In this document: positions 1-12,997 of the stretch, in pieces
Numbering within the stretch: the stretch's first letter is position 1
How the letters are laid out: each line of letters starts with the position of its first letter
From: Lama guanicoe
Lineage: Eukaryota
Assembly (NCBI GenBank): GCA_013239625.1
Contig: MU053559.1
Coordinates: 3,660,607-3,724,606 of the forward strand
Direction of reading: 5' to 3'
DNA: 64,000 nucleotides
Notes under the pieces: model-generated
Seen by the model: the letters and a program-made list of their open reading frames with translations, nothing else
Told to the model about the DNA's origin: nothing
Database searches by the model: none
Translations under genes and position numbers: made by a program

Positions 1-688
1 TGAGGCTGGCGTTCAGGCTCTAGGTCTGGAGGTTCAGAGAGTACTTGCCAGAGAAGGTGACTGGATGAGCGCCTTCCCTGACAAGGGTGTGCTGGGGTGA
101 GCAGTTTGGAGATTGATTTTCTCTGCTGGTAAAAATCCCAGCAGGCTGAGTGATGCTGTGAAGGCAGGAAGCTTTTGCACCTTCTGCTACAAAGTTGTCC
201 CTGAGCTCACACGGTGCAATTCCCCTAGAGGGTCTGGAGAGCCTCCCGTCATGGGAGGCTCAAGACGTGTTTATAAAGGGGCATTGTGGTATTTATTAAA
301 ATAACAATGACAATCACATCCTTTGAAGCACTTTCTATATATTATCTCATTTAATCCTTGCTTCAGCCTCTAAATGACAGTTGACAATACCTTTTGTGGA
401 AAGATAAGTGTAGGGACAGTAGTGATGATATTAGTCGGTGTTTACACGTTTGCTCTGGACGACGCACTCTGTTATGAGACGTATATGCATCTTCCCACTG
501 GTTGCCGGCAATGACATCATGACATTGGTTCTATTTACATCCACATTAGACAGTAGCCAGACAGTGGAAGCTGTTTGCTTGAATTCACATGGTTACTTAG
601 TTATTCAACATTGCAGGCTGTTTTCTCGCCTCTAATCGCATGTATGTGGGCGTTAAAATGGATCCTTTTCAAGTGATTTCTGTTGTTT

Positions 689-1153
689 TGTGAAGGAAAG
701 GCCGGGCTGGTCTAACAAGATAACTCACAAGTCTAGGAATGTGAAGGAGAGGCTGGGCTGGGCTAACCAGATAACTCACAAGTCTAAGTATTGGAATACT
801 GATCTGAGTTCTGCTGGACTAACTTGTAAATCTAGGTTAATTAGTGTTGGTTTGCTGTTCATGTTTTTTTGCTAGCCAGCTGGGTTTTCAAAGATACATA
901 TCTGGCTTTGGAATGTTGGTTTGCTGCCTCCCCACCTCCACTTTTGTGATGATGCTGCTGCTAAAGCTGTTCCATGCCTATTGGCCGAATACTCCAAGCT
1001 TGTACTTTACCCTATAAAACCTCATGCTCATGTCTTGGAGGTGCTCAGAGCTTCGGAGCAGAAGCCCCTCTGAGCCCGCCGGCGTAATACATCTGAGTAC
1101 TCCAACCCTCCGAGTGGTGCTTGTTTCTTGACTGGCCTGTTGTTTCTGTAACA
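689..1153 (+). mobile_element. Solo LTR, ERV1-like
   Basis: TG...CA termini, 4-bp TSD gttt (685-688 and 1154-1157), TATAAAA at 1013, AATACA at 1086, internal ~50-bp tandem duplication at 690-787. Confidence 0.8.
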
Positions 1154-1282
1154 GTTTGAGCACTCTAAATAAGGGTTTGCTGTGATCGTGGTTAAGCCAG
1201 TGTCCCTTTTTTGACTAAGGCGAATCGTGTTTGGTTTTATTTCTTTACTGCCCTACAATTCAGTCACCTAAAAATCACTTTA

Positions 1283-2151
1283 TGTCTTACTGTGATCTAT
1301 TTTTCACTCACAATTCTTCTGACACCAGATGTGTGGGGATTTTTTCCCCCACACCAACCAAATCTTAAACTGAGTGGACATCAACTGGGTGTCCTCCAGT
1401 TCAATTCATTCTGACAACTGACAACCTGAAGTTAGCGCAGGCCCCACATGTTAGGGGCTCAGTCCCACAAAACTGCCACCACTTCGCAGTTTCCAGGCCT
1501 CCCCTACTTCTGACTGACCAGCTATAAATCGGAAGTTCCCATGACACACTCTTCAGGTTGGAAAATTTGCTAGAACAGCTCACAGAACTCAGAGAAAACA
1601 GTTTACTTATGACTACTGGTTTATTATAAAAGATGCAGATGAACAGCCAGATGTGGAGGAACATAGGGCCAAGTCTGGAAGGGTCCTGAGCACAGGAGCA
1701 TCAGTCCTCATAGCATCCAGGGTGCAGCACCCTTCAGGCACATGGATGTGTTCTCCGCTGACACGGGGCCTCTCTGAATTCCCTTGTTTAGGGATTGTTA
1801 TGGAGGTTTCATTGTGTAGCAATGACTGATTAAATCACTGGGCTTTAGTGATTGCGTCATCCAGCCCTCCTCCCCGCTACTCCTTGGAGGTCTGGGGTGG
1901 GGCTGAAAGTTCCCGCCCTCTAGTCATGTGGTTGGTTCCCTTGGCAACCAGCCCCCATCCTGAAGCCATCTAGGGGCTCACTAAGAGTTACGTTATTAGC
2001 ATAAACTCAGGACTTTGTTCGAAAGGGGCTAGTTATGAATAACAAAAGACATTCTTCTCACCCCTATGACTTAGGAACTTCCAAAGGTTTTAGATGCTCT
2101 CGTGCTAGGAACTAGGGACAAAGACCAAGTATATATTCTCACAATATCACA
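1283..2151 (-). mobile_element. MER21-like LTR
   Basis: Reverse complement starts tgtgatattgtgagaatatatacttggtctttgtcccta, as recalled for MER21. Confidence 0.7.
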
Positions 2152-2426
2152 CTATTGAAGTAAAAATTTTCCAAACCGTAACATATCTATATAAACATGC
2201 AATTTTACAACTCTTTATTAACGGCCACTTTAACAAAAATTTTATCAATTTTTTCCTATGAAAAACCACATTGAATTTATTAATTAAATCATAATATTAG
2301 AGCTGGAAAAACTATCTTTTGTGTAAATTATTTGTGGAAGATTTTATGACATCTTTTAGTGAGACCAAAATGATCTTTTCTCTAATTGATGATTACACAG
2401 AAGTGAATACAGCTAGCAGAGCATGT

Positions 2427-2953
2427 TGTCAACTGAAAAAACAAACAAACAAAAAACCCGGACAATCTAAAAGGTGAGAATTATGTTTTATTCGGTGGAC
2501 TTTCTGAGGACTTCAAGAGACAGCCTCTCAGATAGCTCTAAGGGACTTCTCCGAAGAGGTAAGGGAGGAGCCAGGGTATACAGGAGTTTTTGCAACAAAG
2601 ACCAGGTAGTTGGAACATCAAAAGATTACTGTTAATTAAAGAAAACCCAGATATCTCAGGTTAAGGGATTTTGAGCTTTTCAGTATGGATGGGAAGATGC
2701 AAGAGTCTGGGTTTATTGAAATCACTCCTTTGATATGCACTTTAGTCATCTAGGGCCAGTATCCTGTTCCCTCCCATCTGGAGTCCCCTCGGGTGTTACC
2801 GTTGGGGGTGGCTGCAGTGGCTGAGTGCTTGATGGCGGGCATCCTGTTTCCATTGTGAGTTCCCTGGGGCTCCCCGTCGGCGATGGCTGCGGTGGCTTGA
2901 TAGCTGCAACATTCTTTGTTTACTGATATGGCAGGAGATATTTTTCATTCACA
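2427..2953 (-). mobile_element. Solo LTR, ERV1-like
   Basis: tg...ca termini, imperfect TSD atgt/gtgt, minus-strand AATAAA near 2490. Confidence 0.65.
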
Positions 2954-3109
2954 GTGTTAAAAATGGGAAAATTTCAATATTTAGACTTGTATAAAATTTA
3001 CTGGAATTTGGAGACCATGTGGATTTTAACTACAAGGTCATTTCTTGTATAACTCAAAATATATGATAGGAGTTTTTTTGTTTGTTTCAGGTTCTTGGAG
3101 ACATTTTTT

Positions 3110-3375
3110 AACATTTTTTTTTATTGAGTTACAGTCATTTTACAATGTGACAAATTCCAGTGTAGAGCACAATTTTTCAGTTATACATGAACATGCATAA
3201 ATTCATTGTCGCATTCTTTTTTGCCATGAGCTACCACAAGATCTTGTATCTATTTCCCTGTGCTATACAGTATAATGTTGGTTATCAGTTCTGCATATGC
3301 CTGTCAGTATCTACAAATTTCGGAATCCCAGTCCGTCCCTTCCCCCCCACCGCCCCCATGGCAACCACAGGTTTG
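3110..3375 (-). mobile_element. 5'-truncated young L1 3' end
   Basis: Poly-T plus L1 3' UTR shared with the copies at 31311, 43297 and 50949; TSD ttggag(a/g)cattttt. Confidence 0.85.
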
Positions 3376-3801
3376 TTGGAGGCATTTTTAAGACGGCAAA
3401 CTCACTCTTGCTCCTGACACAAACTTTTACATGAATATTAATGGGATTTTAAAATTATGACCTATGATGTAAAAGTAAGCTTTGCTTTGTAGGTCTTAGA
3501 TTTGATTATAGACTTTCTCCTCTCAATTTCCTCCTGTCGGTCTGTCAGCCTCTCTGAGGATGTTTGTAACTGCTATGGCTGTATTCCTCATTTCCTTTAC
3601 CAAGGCTCTGGTGAGGATCACGGAGAAGAAGTTTGGGACCTGCTCACTAATCTGATCCAAAGGCAACACCTTTGTTCTCAAATGTGGTCCCATTGTGCCT
3701 GGTTCTACACATTTTCCATGCAGTTTGGGCCACCCCAGAGCCCTGGGATTGAGATTCTTTAGACATTGCCACAGTCTATTGTGCCCATCCCAGTGAATGG
3801 C

Positions 3802-4208
3802 TGTTGTGGTGGAGTTCCCCAGGAAGCAAACTCTGAGATGGAGATGAGCACACAGGAGGGTTATTAGAGGATGCTCTGGGGATCAGCAGGTATGGATAGG
3901 AGGGGGGAAAGGCAGAAGCCGGCAGAAGGAGAAATCAAACTGTGATATATTGTCAATGGAAGCCTTAGCCAACCCTGCAAGGAATTCTGAAGACAGGAAG
4001 ACACTTCAGAACTGTTCAGAGTGGGGCAGAAGGGCAAGACGTCTACACCTTCACATTGGTCAGTCATTGGAAGGGGGCTGCCCAGAGGAGGCGGCATGAC
4101 CTGGAGCAAAGTGGTTTGGGGCTAAGAGCCAACTGCTGCCTGGCAGGAACACTCAGTAACAAGTCTACTGAATGGGGATATGGGCAAGCTTATCACAGTG
4201 TCCACCAC
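3802..4208 (-). mobile_element. LTR16-like (ERVL) LTR
   Basis: gttccccaggaagcaaactctgagatggaga motif typical of the LTR16 3' end in reverse. Confidence 0.6.
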
Positions 4209-5052
4209 ATCGACCCCTTGGGTAGATGGCTCTTCTCTTTAGTAGTTCTAGACCAAGCTTCACCTCTTGGAGGCTTTTGTAGACCTTGCCACCTGGCTAC
4301 CAGAATGGCTCTGCCTGGAGAAGCATAGGGGTGTCTGGGGTAAGATAGATGCAGTCTTGAATCCTGCGGACTAAGCCCTCCAGGAAACAGCTCCCTCCAC
4401 CCAAAGATTTGGGTTGGGGGGGGCTTGGCAATACACAGCCATGTAGCCAGGTGATGCCATGAAGCCAGCTGTGTGGCACGTTATAATTATAGTGCTGTAA
4501 CTCTGTTTCCATGGACCTGCCTTTCCAACTAGACTTTAGCTCCTCGAGCCTGGGACTATGTCTTATTTCATTTTTGTGTCTTCAGAGCATCACATGGTGC
4601 ATGTCTCAGATCTGTGGTTAATAAATATGTTTTTACTGAATGAAAGAAATTGTCCAAGTGTTAGTAGCACTTAAAAGTATGATCCCTAGAGATTCTTCCT
4701 GGGTCAGTCCAAGCCTATCAGTAAAACAATTTTAATTCTCTTCAATGTTTAGCTAAATACAGTGTTAGTTCTAATTTGATAGCTATCCTTTGCTTAGGGC
4801 TTTAAAAGTCATGAAAACATGTAAGCAGATGGAGTGGAACATTGAGGAGGTGGGCCATGTTGGTGCCTGCTGTGGCCTGAGCGCCGGTGACCATCCAGAT
4901 CGTGGATCTCCTGCTGGGTGAGAGGTGGCATGTGCCAGGAACCCACTTGACTTTAAGCATGGCTGCATTTGAACCTCCTTCATTAGCTGGGTGACCCTGA
5001 GAAGGTTGTTTATCCTGAGACTCACTCTTCTCATCTGTAAAATGGGTTAATG

Positions 5053-5570
5053 CACAAATGTTCATGCAGCATTATTCTAATAGCCCCAAAGCAAAAATAA
5101 CCCAAATGTCTATCAACAGATGAATGGATAAATAAAATGTAGTCTATCCACACAATGGAATATGAGTCAGCCTTAAGAAAGAATGAAATTCTGAGCCATG
5201 CTACAACATAGATGAATCTGGAAAATATTATGCTAAATGAAATAAGTAAGATGTAAAATCCACTTATATGAAGTACGTAGAATAGGCAAATTCACAGAGA
5301 CAGGACGTAGAATGAGGTTACCAGGGGCCCGTGGGAGGGAGAAATGAGGTGTTAGTGTTTAATGGATGTGAAGTTTCTATTTGGGATGATGAAAAAGTTC
5401 TGAAAATAGAAAGTAGTCATGGTGGTACCAATATGGTGAGTGTGCTTAATAGCACTACATTATATACTTAAAGACGGTTAAAATGGTCATTTTATCTTAT
5501 GTCTATTTTACCCCAGTAAAAAAGAATTTTATGGCATGTGAATTATATCTCAATAAAGCTGTTAGTTAAA
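5053..5570 (+). mobile_element. Old L1M (L1MB-like) 3' end inserted in a MIR
   Basis: cccaaatgtctatcaacagatgaatggataaataaaatgt ... ctcaataaagctgtt; MIR pieces on both sides. Confidence 0.75.
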
Positions 5571-5631
5571 AATAAGGTTAATAACAGTACCTATTCCACA
5601 AAATATTTGTAAGGATTGAAAATGATACATG

Positions 5632-5717
5632 ATGTAATGTAGATACATGACTGGGACATTATGCTGTATGCCAGAGATTGACACATTGTAATTGACTGTA
5701 CTTCAATTTGAAAAAAT
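5632..5717 (+). mobile_element. Very short L1 3' tail
   Basis: ...cattgtaattgactgtacttcaatttgaaaaaa; very similar to 7601-7682. Confidence 0.7.
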
Positions 5718-7288
5718 GATATATGAGAAGTACCACTCACATGATATGTGCTTACCAAAAGGTAGTTGTTGCTAAGCATGATCTAGAAATTAAGCATTTG
5801 TTTCATGCAAAGGACCCCATAATTCTAAAAGGCACTGATGCTTAAGGACTGGGGTGTGCAGCTCTGTCTCTGGCCTCGGGATGGCTGCAGGAGTCTTTTC
5901 TAATAATAATCCATCTATATGTCAAGACAGACTTGGTGGTATTTCAGTTAATTACCATGGGACAGTGCCCTAGCTTCACAAATGAAGAACTCATCACGAA
6001 CACCTTCCAAACACGTGATTAAAGCATAGCTACCCTCTTGGCATCGTTACTCTCTGTTATGCATCTTCTCTGGCCTCTACACATGGTTTCAGATGAACAC
6101 AGCATTCGATCTTTATTTATGCATAGTTGTAGATCGTTCATTGTCATTGCTGTATGGTGTTCCATTGTGGGATGTAACTCAATTTATTTGTCCAACTACT
6201 GTTCATGGACATTTAACATTCTTGGGTATGTGTTTGGAGAACATTTTCTTGGGCATCTACCTAGAAGTGAGTCAGAAGTGCACGTGCATCTTTAGTGGAT
6301 GCTGCCAAACACTTTTCCAAAGCGGTTATACTATGTTACCCTCCCATTAGCAGGAGATGAGAGGTTGCTCCTTAATTTCACCAACACTTGGTATTATCAT
6401 CAAGTTTTCTCATCCTTTAATTCATGACTCTTGGGAAAGGGTCCAAGATAAGTTTCAGTTACACCCCCCAGCTTTATATACAGAATTGTTTGTATATGTG
6501 CACTTTACTGGAGAGATTACATGGTTTGAAACAGAGTTTCGGGGGTCCTTGTCCCAGAGAAGGGCAAGGACCATCACTTCAAGGTTTTGGCAATTTTATA
6601 ATCCCTAACATTGTGATGGTACAGCCTTTTATTTGAGCCAAGATTTCTCTTGGGAAAGCTAAAACTGCTAGGTAACTGTCTCTGTTTTTGAGAAGCACAT
6701 GATTGAAGGCCAAGGAACTCTGGAATTTTGCTAGTGCTGGTGTATGTTGGATAATGTTCAAAACTGCATGCCCTAAGTAAATGGATGCTATTTAACGGGA
6801 TATTTTAGGTGCCTGTGCTAATTTGATCAAATAAACACTTCCGTGTCTACAAATTGAAAGAGTGAAAAAAAATTGGCACCGGAAAATAGATTTTAGCTGT
6901 GGGCATTATTCTGCTTTGGAAACAGCTTCTTGACATCAGTAGAATGTCCCTATGGTTTGCAACGTGATACAGCTGGAAATGTACCGGCATCCTTCTTAAC
7001 ACACTCTTTTTCTTTGAGGTAAATGTATGGGCTAATTTTGGAAACGCTCCCCTGTGGAATCCCCTGTCTCCACTGGCTGGTGTATTTACAACAGATTATG
7101 AAAGGAAAGAGGACAAAGATACGGATTAAGTCTTTGCGGGGGAAGAATTACAACGTTCAGCTTCCTAGTTTAAACACTTACTTTAATTTTTTTTCCAGAA
7201 GAAATTAATTTTCATTGTGTTTAAAAAACATTCAGGCAGACTTCTGTCTCAGACCCTGAAGAATGCCTCTTCTTATTTTGACACTGTT

Positions 7289-7698
7289 TGCCTTAGTCAG
7301 TTTGGGCTGCAATAACAAAATACCATAGACTGGGTGGCTTATAAACAACAGGAATTTATTTCTCATAGTTCTGGAGGCTGGGAAGTCCCAGATCAAGGTC
7401 ACCGGCAGATTTGGTGTTACTGTCTGCTCACTGTGTCTGTCCTCGCTTAGCCAAAGCTCTCCAGACTTTCTTTTATAAGAAAGTCTGATCTCATTCATGA
7501 GGATGATTCATCTTCCAAAGGCTCCCACCTCCAAATACCATCACAGTGGGGGGCAGGTTTCAACATACGAACTTGGCAGGGGGGACACAAACATTCAGCT
7601 GTAATATATATGCATGACTGGGACATTATGCTGTACACCAGAAATTGACACATTGTAACTGACTGTACTTCAATTAAAAAATACATTCAGCTATAGCA
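7289..7698 (-). mobile_element. MLT1A-like MaLR LTR, interrupted by a short L1 tail at 7601-7682
   Basis: ttagtcagtttgggctgcaataacaaaataccatagactgggtggcttataaac; L1 tail flanked by TSD acattcagct. Confidence 0.8.
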
Positions 7699-8389
7699 TT
7701 ATTCGTTCAATCAATCATCTATCCATCCATCCATTCATCCAATCATCCAACACTTGTCAAACATCCATTGAAAATATAGCACTCTTAAGCATTAATATGA
7801 AAGGAGGCAAATGATTGTCTCTTTTCCTGAAGTAGCTGGAGGAAGAAGGAAAACCCACGTGGACTACCTCGAGAATGATATCAAAGTAACACGGGCCAGT
7901 ACAAGCTGATAGGGTAAGGACTCAAAATGGGGTGAACTTCGTTTTGAGCACTGTCGGGGGAAGGGAGAAAGGGAGGTGAATTTCCGAAGGCTTCTGGAAG
8001 AAAGTGAGTCTTAAGCTGGGCATAGAAAGGAGTTCAAAGTTTGCACTGCTAGAATCTAGACGGCAAAGAGCCTTCAAGGGCAGATGCAGCAATGATGGGT
8101 GGTGAGGGTGACCCGCTGAGATCAGGGAAACTCCCTGACCGGAGAGCAGAGGCCATCTCCCTGGCTGCCACCTTCTTCTGGTAACCTTGAGAGCCATCCC
8201 TGCAGAAGAAGAGATAACATGAAGCTGGCCTCCTTTCTGTTACCCACAAGGTCCTTCTCAGGACATTTGCTGGGGCCTCGGGCTGAAGTGATCTCCTCCC
8301 ACTTTTTTTTTCTTTCTCCTTTGGGTATGTAAAATCTAAAGTGCTGTCTCTGAATAATCTAAATCCTTTTTTTTCTCACCATGGAAGGT

Positions 8390-8690
8390 CCAGTGTTCCC
8401 TTCTCAGTGAAGCCTTCCCTGACCACCTTATTTATTTAAAATTACAATCAACCCCAAACCAGCACACTTTCTCTTGTTCTTCTTAGCACTTAGCACCTTC
8501 TAATATACTACATGATTGTCTTCTTTATTTTGTTTAGCCTCTGTTTGGTTAGTTTATTTTGTTTACACCTATTAGAATGTAAGCTCCCAGGAGAGTAGAG
8601 ATTTTTGTCTGTTGTCCCTCACTGCTGTGCCCCTGGAACCTGGGACAGTGACAGGTACATAGGAGGTGTTCAGGAAATATTTGTTGATCT
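8390..8690 (+). mobile_element. L2 3' end
   Basis: gaagccttccctgacc ... tagaatgtaagctcc ... aaatatttgttga. Confidence 0.6.
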
Positions 8691-10669
8691 ATGTCATTGA
8701 AAAATTTCTGATAGCCACATTGAAAAAAATAAGCAGGTGAAATTAGCTTTTGTTAATCCTCTCAGGTAACAATGGAGGCACTAATAAAGAATTTTCAACA
8801 CCATTATTGAGGTGTAATTAACATATAATAAACTGCACGTGTTTAAGGTGTATAGTTTGAGATTTGACATGTATATACACCTGTGAAACCATCCCCACAA
8901 TCAAGATAGTGAACACATCCACCACAATCAAGGGTCTTTGTGGCCTTTTGTAATTATATATGTTTAATAGTGTATTTTATTTAACCCAATGTATCCCACT
9001 GCGTACAAGCTGTGTGACCTTTGGACAAGTTACTCAACCTCTCTCTGCTTCAGAACTCATCTGTAAAGTGAAACATACGGTAAGCAGTTTGCTCACTGGG
9101 TTATTGTGAGGATTAAAATAAATAATTTAATAAACACTGTTAACCTAATGTCCGACAAATGGTGTTCAATAATTATAATTCACAGGCTGGGAAGTTTCAC
9201 GATCAAGAGCATTGACCTTCGAATGTCTGAATTTCAGTTCTGCTGCCACTTAGGAGCTGTGAGACCTTGAGCAAAGGATAATTATTTCACCTGTCTGTGT
9301 CTCAGCTTCTGCATCCGAAAGGGTGGCGGTGAAGATGAATGAATCCAGACATGCACAGTGAATAGAACCAGGCCTGAACTGGGGAAACACTCTTGGCTGT
9401 TATCATTATTTTTTGTTATTATTATTCCTGCAGGCCTTTGCCTAATTTCTCAGCCACTACCATCCCCATCTTCCCCATTTATCCCTACATGGGCAATCCC
9501 AGACCTTTCCTGGGCTACAGGGCTGCTGGCCTGTCCGCAAATCCTTGCCATTTCTGTCTGTCCCTCCCTCCAGCTTTGCGCATGTGATGATGCCATCAGA
9601 AGACAGTGTTGCCGCCAGGCTCCGGGGGCTTTGAAATGTGAGCCCATGAACAGAGGAAGAAAGCCATCTGCTTAAGTCTGAGCTCCCTCCTCTCCTCACC
9701 CATTAAGAAGATGAAATTTCTTTTCTTCCAAACTGGAAACAGAGATCAAAAGTTCAGCTTGGTCCTGCCATTTTGTTTGTGGCCCAAGCATCGTCCTTGC
9801 CAATAGCTGTAAAAATGATTGAGTTCTAGAGGGCTCGGTGGCCTGCTCCAGCTTCCCGCAGTGAGGAAGGCAAGATGCCCATGAACAGCAGAGGAGATGC
9901 TCCAAGAGGGAAAACTCACTGCCAAGAAGCTGGATCTAAGAAAGGCCAGGCCACCTCTTCCTACTGCAGAGGCTGGGGTCTGCATGGGGACTAAGAGGGC
10001 AAAAGGGCTTCCCAGGTGGGACAGAAATCAGGGTCTTTGTCTCTAGAGAACTAGGGTCAGGAGAAGAGCAGGACATCTGGAGCATCGAAACTGATGTTAG
10101 TGATGCACGTGTCGCCAAGCCAGCCTGTCTCTGAGAGCCACTGGCCCGCTCATTGAGTGGGGGGAGGTTTGCGGAGGTAGACTTCAGATGTTTTTACTGA
10201 GCCCTCTGAGGCTCACAGGCTACGAAATAAGGCCATGTGATAATCGAGTGGGTTGCTGGTTTTCAGCAAGTCTGCTTTAAAAAGTCAAACATAAATCATC
10301 ATGCCAGGAATTCTGATCCTAAGAATTTACCCAAAGGAGATTAATCAAAAATGTGGACATGGATTCATGGCTAAGAAGTGGCTGTATAAATGACAGGACA
10401 TTCATCATGATTCCAGAACTGTCAGCAGCCTCCAGTTAGTGAGTGCATCCTGTTGGCTGTGTGTAATCTCGGTTAATTCCTACAATACCCCTGTGACATG
10501 GGTACCATTATTCCACATCTAAAGATAAGAGACACAAATGTTGAGCAACTTGCCTGTAGTCACACAGTTATCAAGTTTCAAAGCCCGTTTGAATCGGGGC
10601 TTTGGACTTTCAAAAGCCACCCTGAATCCCTTCTTCTGTGGTCCTAGCCCAGCCCTGCTCAGACATACA

Positions 10670-11160
10670 TTTATTTATTTATTTATTTATTTATTTATCT
10701 ATCTATTTATTTTTATTGAAGTCGAGTTGATTTACAATGTTGTGTTAGTTTCAGGTGTACAGCAAAGTGATTCAGTTTTGCATATATGTATAAACATATA
10801 CATTCTTTTTCAGATTCTTTTCCATTATAAGTTATTAAAAGCTATTGAATATAGTTCCCTGTTCTCTACAGTAGCTCCTTGTTGTTTGTTTTATATATGG
10901 TAGCATGTATATGTTAATCCCAAACTCCTAATTTATCCCTCCCCATCTCCTTCCCCTTTGGTAACCATAGTTTGTTTTCTATGTCTGTGAGTCTCTTTCT
11001 GGTTTGTAAGTAAGTTCATTTGTATCAGTTTTTTTTTTAGATTCCACATATAAATGATATCATATGATATTTGTCTTTCTCTGTCTGACTTTCTTCACTT
11101 ATGATAATCTCTAGGTCCATCCATGTAGGTGCAAATGGCATTATTTCATTCTTTTTTTAT
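10670..11160 (-). mobile_element. L1 3' end with (TTTA)n tail
   Basis: (ttta)n at 10670-10716, then attgaagtcgagttgatttacaatgttgtgttagtttcagg. Confidence 0.85.
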
Positions 11161-11921
11161 AACAGCCTGACTTCTGACTCAGGTTTTCAAATGAAACTAA
11201 AGTGGTTTTTGTGCATGTTCCTAAACTGCCACCAACAAGTTAGTCTCCCAGAGATGACTTATAGGCTGCCATATTATTAATCCTTGAGAAATATGCCGTT
11301 TATCTTTCTGTTGCTCTTCTGGGAGAACCAGGTAGTATAAACATGTCCCGAGGAGAGCCTTGAAGTTGTCTCTTTCTATTTTAACCTTGTCCATCTCTGG
11401 GAACTCCTGTGTTGACTTATCATATCTGATTCCTTGCGGAAGCTTGCTGGACCATGTTTCGTGGCTTTTCCTACAGATGCTTGCATTCCTGCAATTGGTT
11501 TCTCATCCCCTTCTAACTTGTATAATATTTATAGTTGTCATTTTCTGACCTTCCAGGCACACAGGGTCTCCTTGCGCTAAGATATTTGCAAGTATCATTG
11601 GCAAATGAGATTACTTTAGGTAACCCCACTCCTGTACTGGCATTTAAGTTTTACTTGGTAAGCGTTCCAATTTCAAAGGAAAACCTTCTTATTGTGTTTG
11701 GTGTGGCAGCAAATTTATTTAGCTAACAGAGAATTTTGCTGGAAATCTTTATGCTAAAAAGTTAAGTTGGGTTCTGAGGACACAAGGAACTAAAACACTT
11801 GACTGTGTATCACAGATTGATAACATGGTTTTCGCTTGCAGATATTTAACGACTTGGCATATTAAACAACTTTGACATTGTAGTAAATGTATCCTTTTAA
11901 AAAATATCTTGTCTCTCGCAG

Positions 11922-12026
11922 GGCAAATCATACCCCTTCAGGGGCCCATTCCCACCTGTATGGAATCCAATTGTCTTACTAGACCACAACAACCTTTGGA
12001 GGACGATGGATAATATGGGACAAGAG
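11922..12026 (+). CDS. MAOB: Monoamine oxidase B exon 4 ([35 protein letters not shown])
   Basis: Manual translation matches MAO-B residues 94-128; acceptor ctcgcag at 11921, donor gtaaag at 12027; 105 nt, phase 0/0. Confidence 0.97.
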
Positions 12027-12132
12027 GTAAAGCTTCCTAAAACTTAGGTCAAAGAAATCAAGAATTTCTTTGTCTTTTGACAACATTTGTATTCTCCATT
12101 CTTAAGTTTAGTCCTTAAAAGAAAGAAAGTGA

Positions 12133-12270
12133 GGGGGAAGGGTGGAGCTCAGTGGTAAAGTGCATGCTTGGCATGCACGAGGTCCTGGGTTCAATCCCCA
12201 GTACCTCCATTAAGTAAATAAATAAACCTAATTACCTCCTCCCCTCCCCCCCAAAAAAATTTTTTAAAAA
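12133..12270 (+). mobile_element. tRNA-derived SINE (Vic-1-like, camelid)
   Basis: A box agctcagtggt, B box ggttcaatccc, aataaataaacctaattacctcc tail; TSD aagaaagtga (12123-12132 and 12271-12280). Confidence 0.85.
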
Positions 12271-12905
12271 AAGAAAGTGAAACATGTCACCAGTGCCAAG
12301 CACATGGTATAGCACATAGTAACTCTCAGTAAAGATTTGTGAGATGTATGAATGAACTTGTATGTAACCTCTAAAAGAATGAGATGTCCAACAAACTGGT
12401 GTTTCCATACTGCTGATGGCGTCGGGGGGAAGATCTTATATCATGCAGCCTTCCTGGGATGATGTTTCTAATTTAGAAAATTGTCAGGACATAGCAAATA
12501 AGACTTCTGGGTCTTTGAGTCACTACCATCCTCAAACCTGCAACTCATAAGTAAACACACTCTAATTGTGACATGATTTGGTGCAACTGTCTGATTCCTG
12601 TTTTGGGGCTGAACTTACGAATTGTTGTCTCTAAATCAGTAACTTAGTAGTTGATATTTGGAAACAGCCTGATGACAACATAGCCTCCATTTATTGCATA
12701 GGAAGTCTTCTCATAAATTAAATATAGACTGAGTGAATAGGGAAGCTACACAGACAACGTTGGTTGAGCGGTAAAAACCACTCTTGGGGGAATCTGGAAA
12801 ATTTGCATTTTCCTTCCTTAAGTTAGAATTTTTAATACTATCAAAATAGTTATCTCAAGTGGAAAATTGCATTTTTTTCTCCCCTGAATCCTCCTCTGAA
12901 TGTAG

Positions 12906-12997
12906 ATTCCCAGTGATGCCCCATGGAAGGCACCCCTTGCCGAAAAGTGGGACAACATGACAATGAAGGAGCTACTGGACAAGATCTGCTGGACCAA
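12906..12997 (+). CDS. MAOB: MAO-B exon 5 ([31 protein letters not shown])
   Basis: tgtag acceptor, gtaaga donor; 92 nt; translation matches MAO-B. Confidence 0.97.

Noticed and set aside
690..830. Repeated ~50-bp units suggesting an array
   Set aside because: Internal U3 duplication of an LTR; no spacer-repeat architecture, and CRISPR is not expected in mammalian DNA.
1..11921. Search for MAOB exons 1-3 or a promoter CpG island
   Set aside because: No GGGISG or YVDLGG coding sequence and no CpG island found; the region is intron 3 and the 5' exons lie outside the window.
12133..12210. tRNA-like sequences with A and B boxes (nine copies across the window)
   Set aside because: They have SINE tails and TSDs and lack a proper acceptor stem, so they are tRNA-derived SINEs, not tRNA genes.
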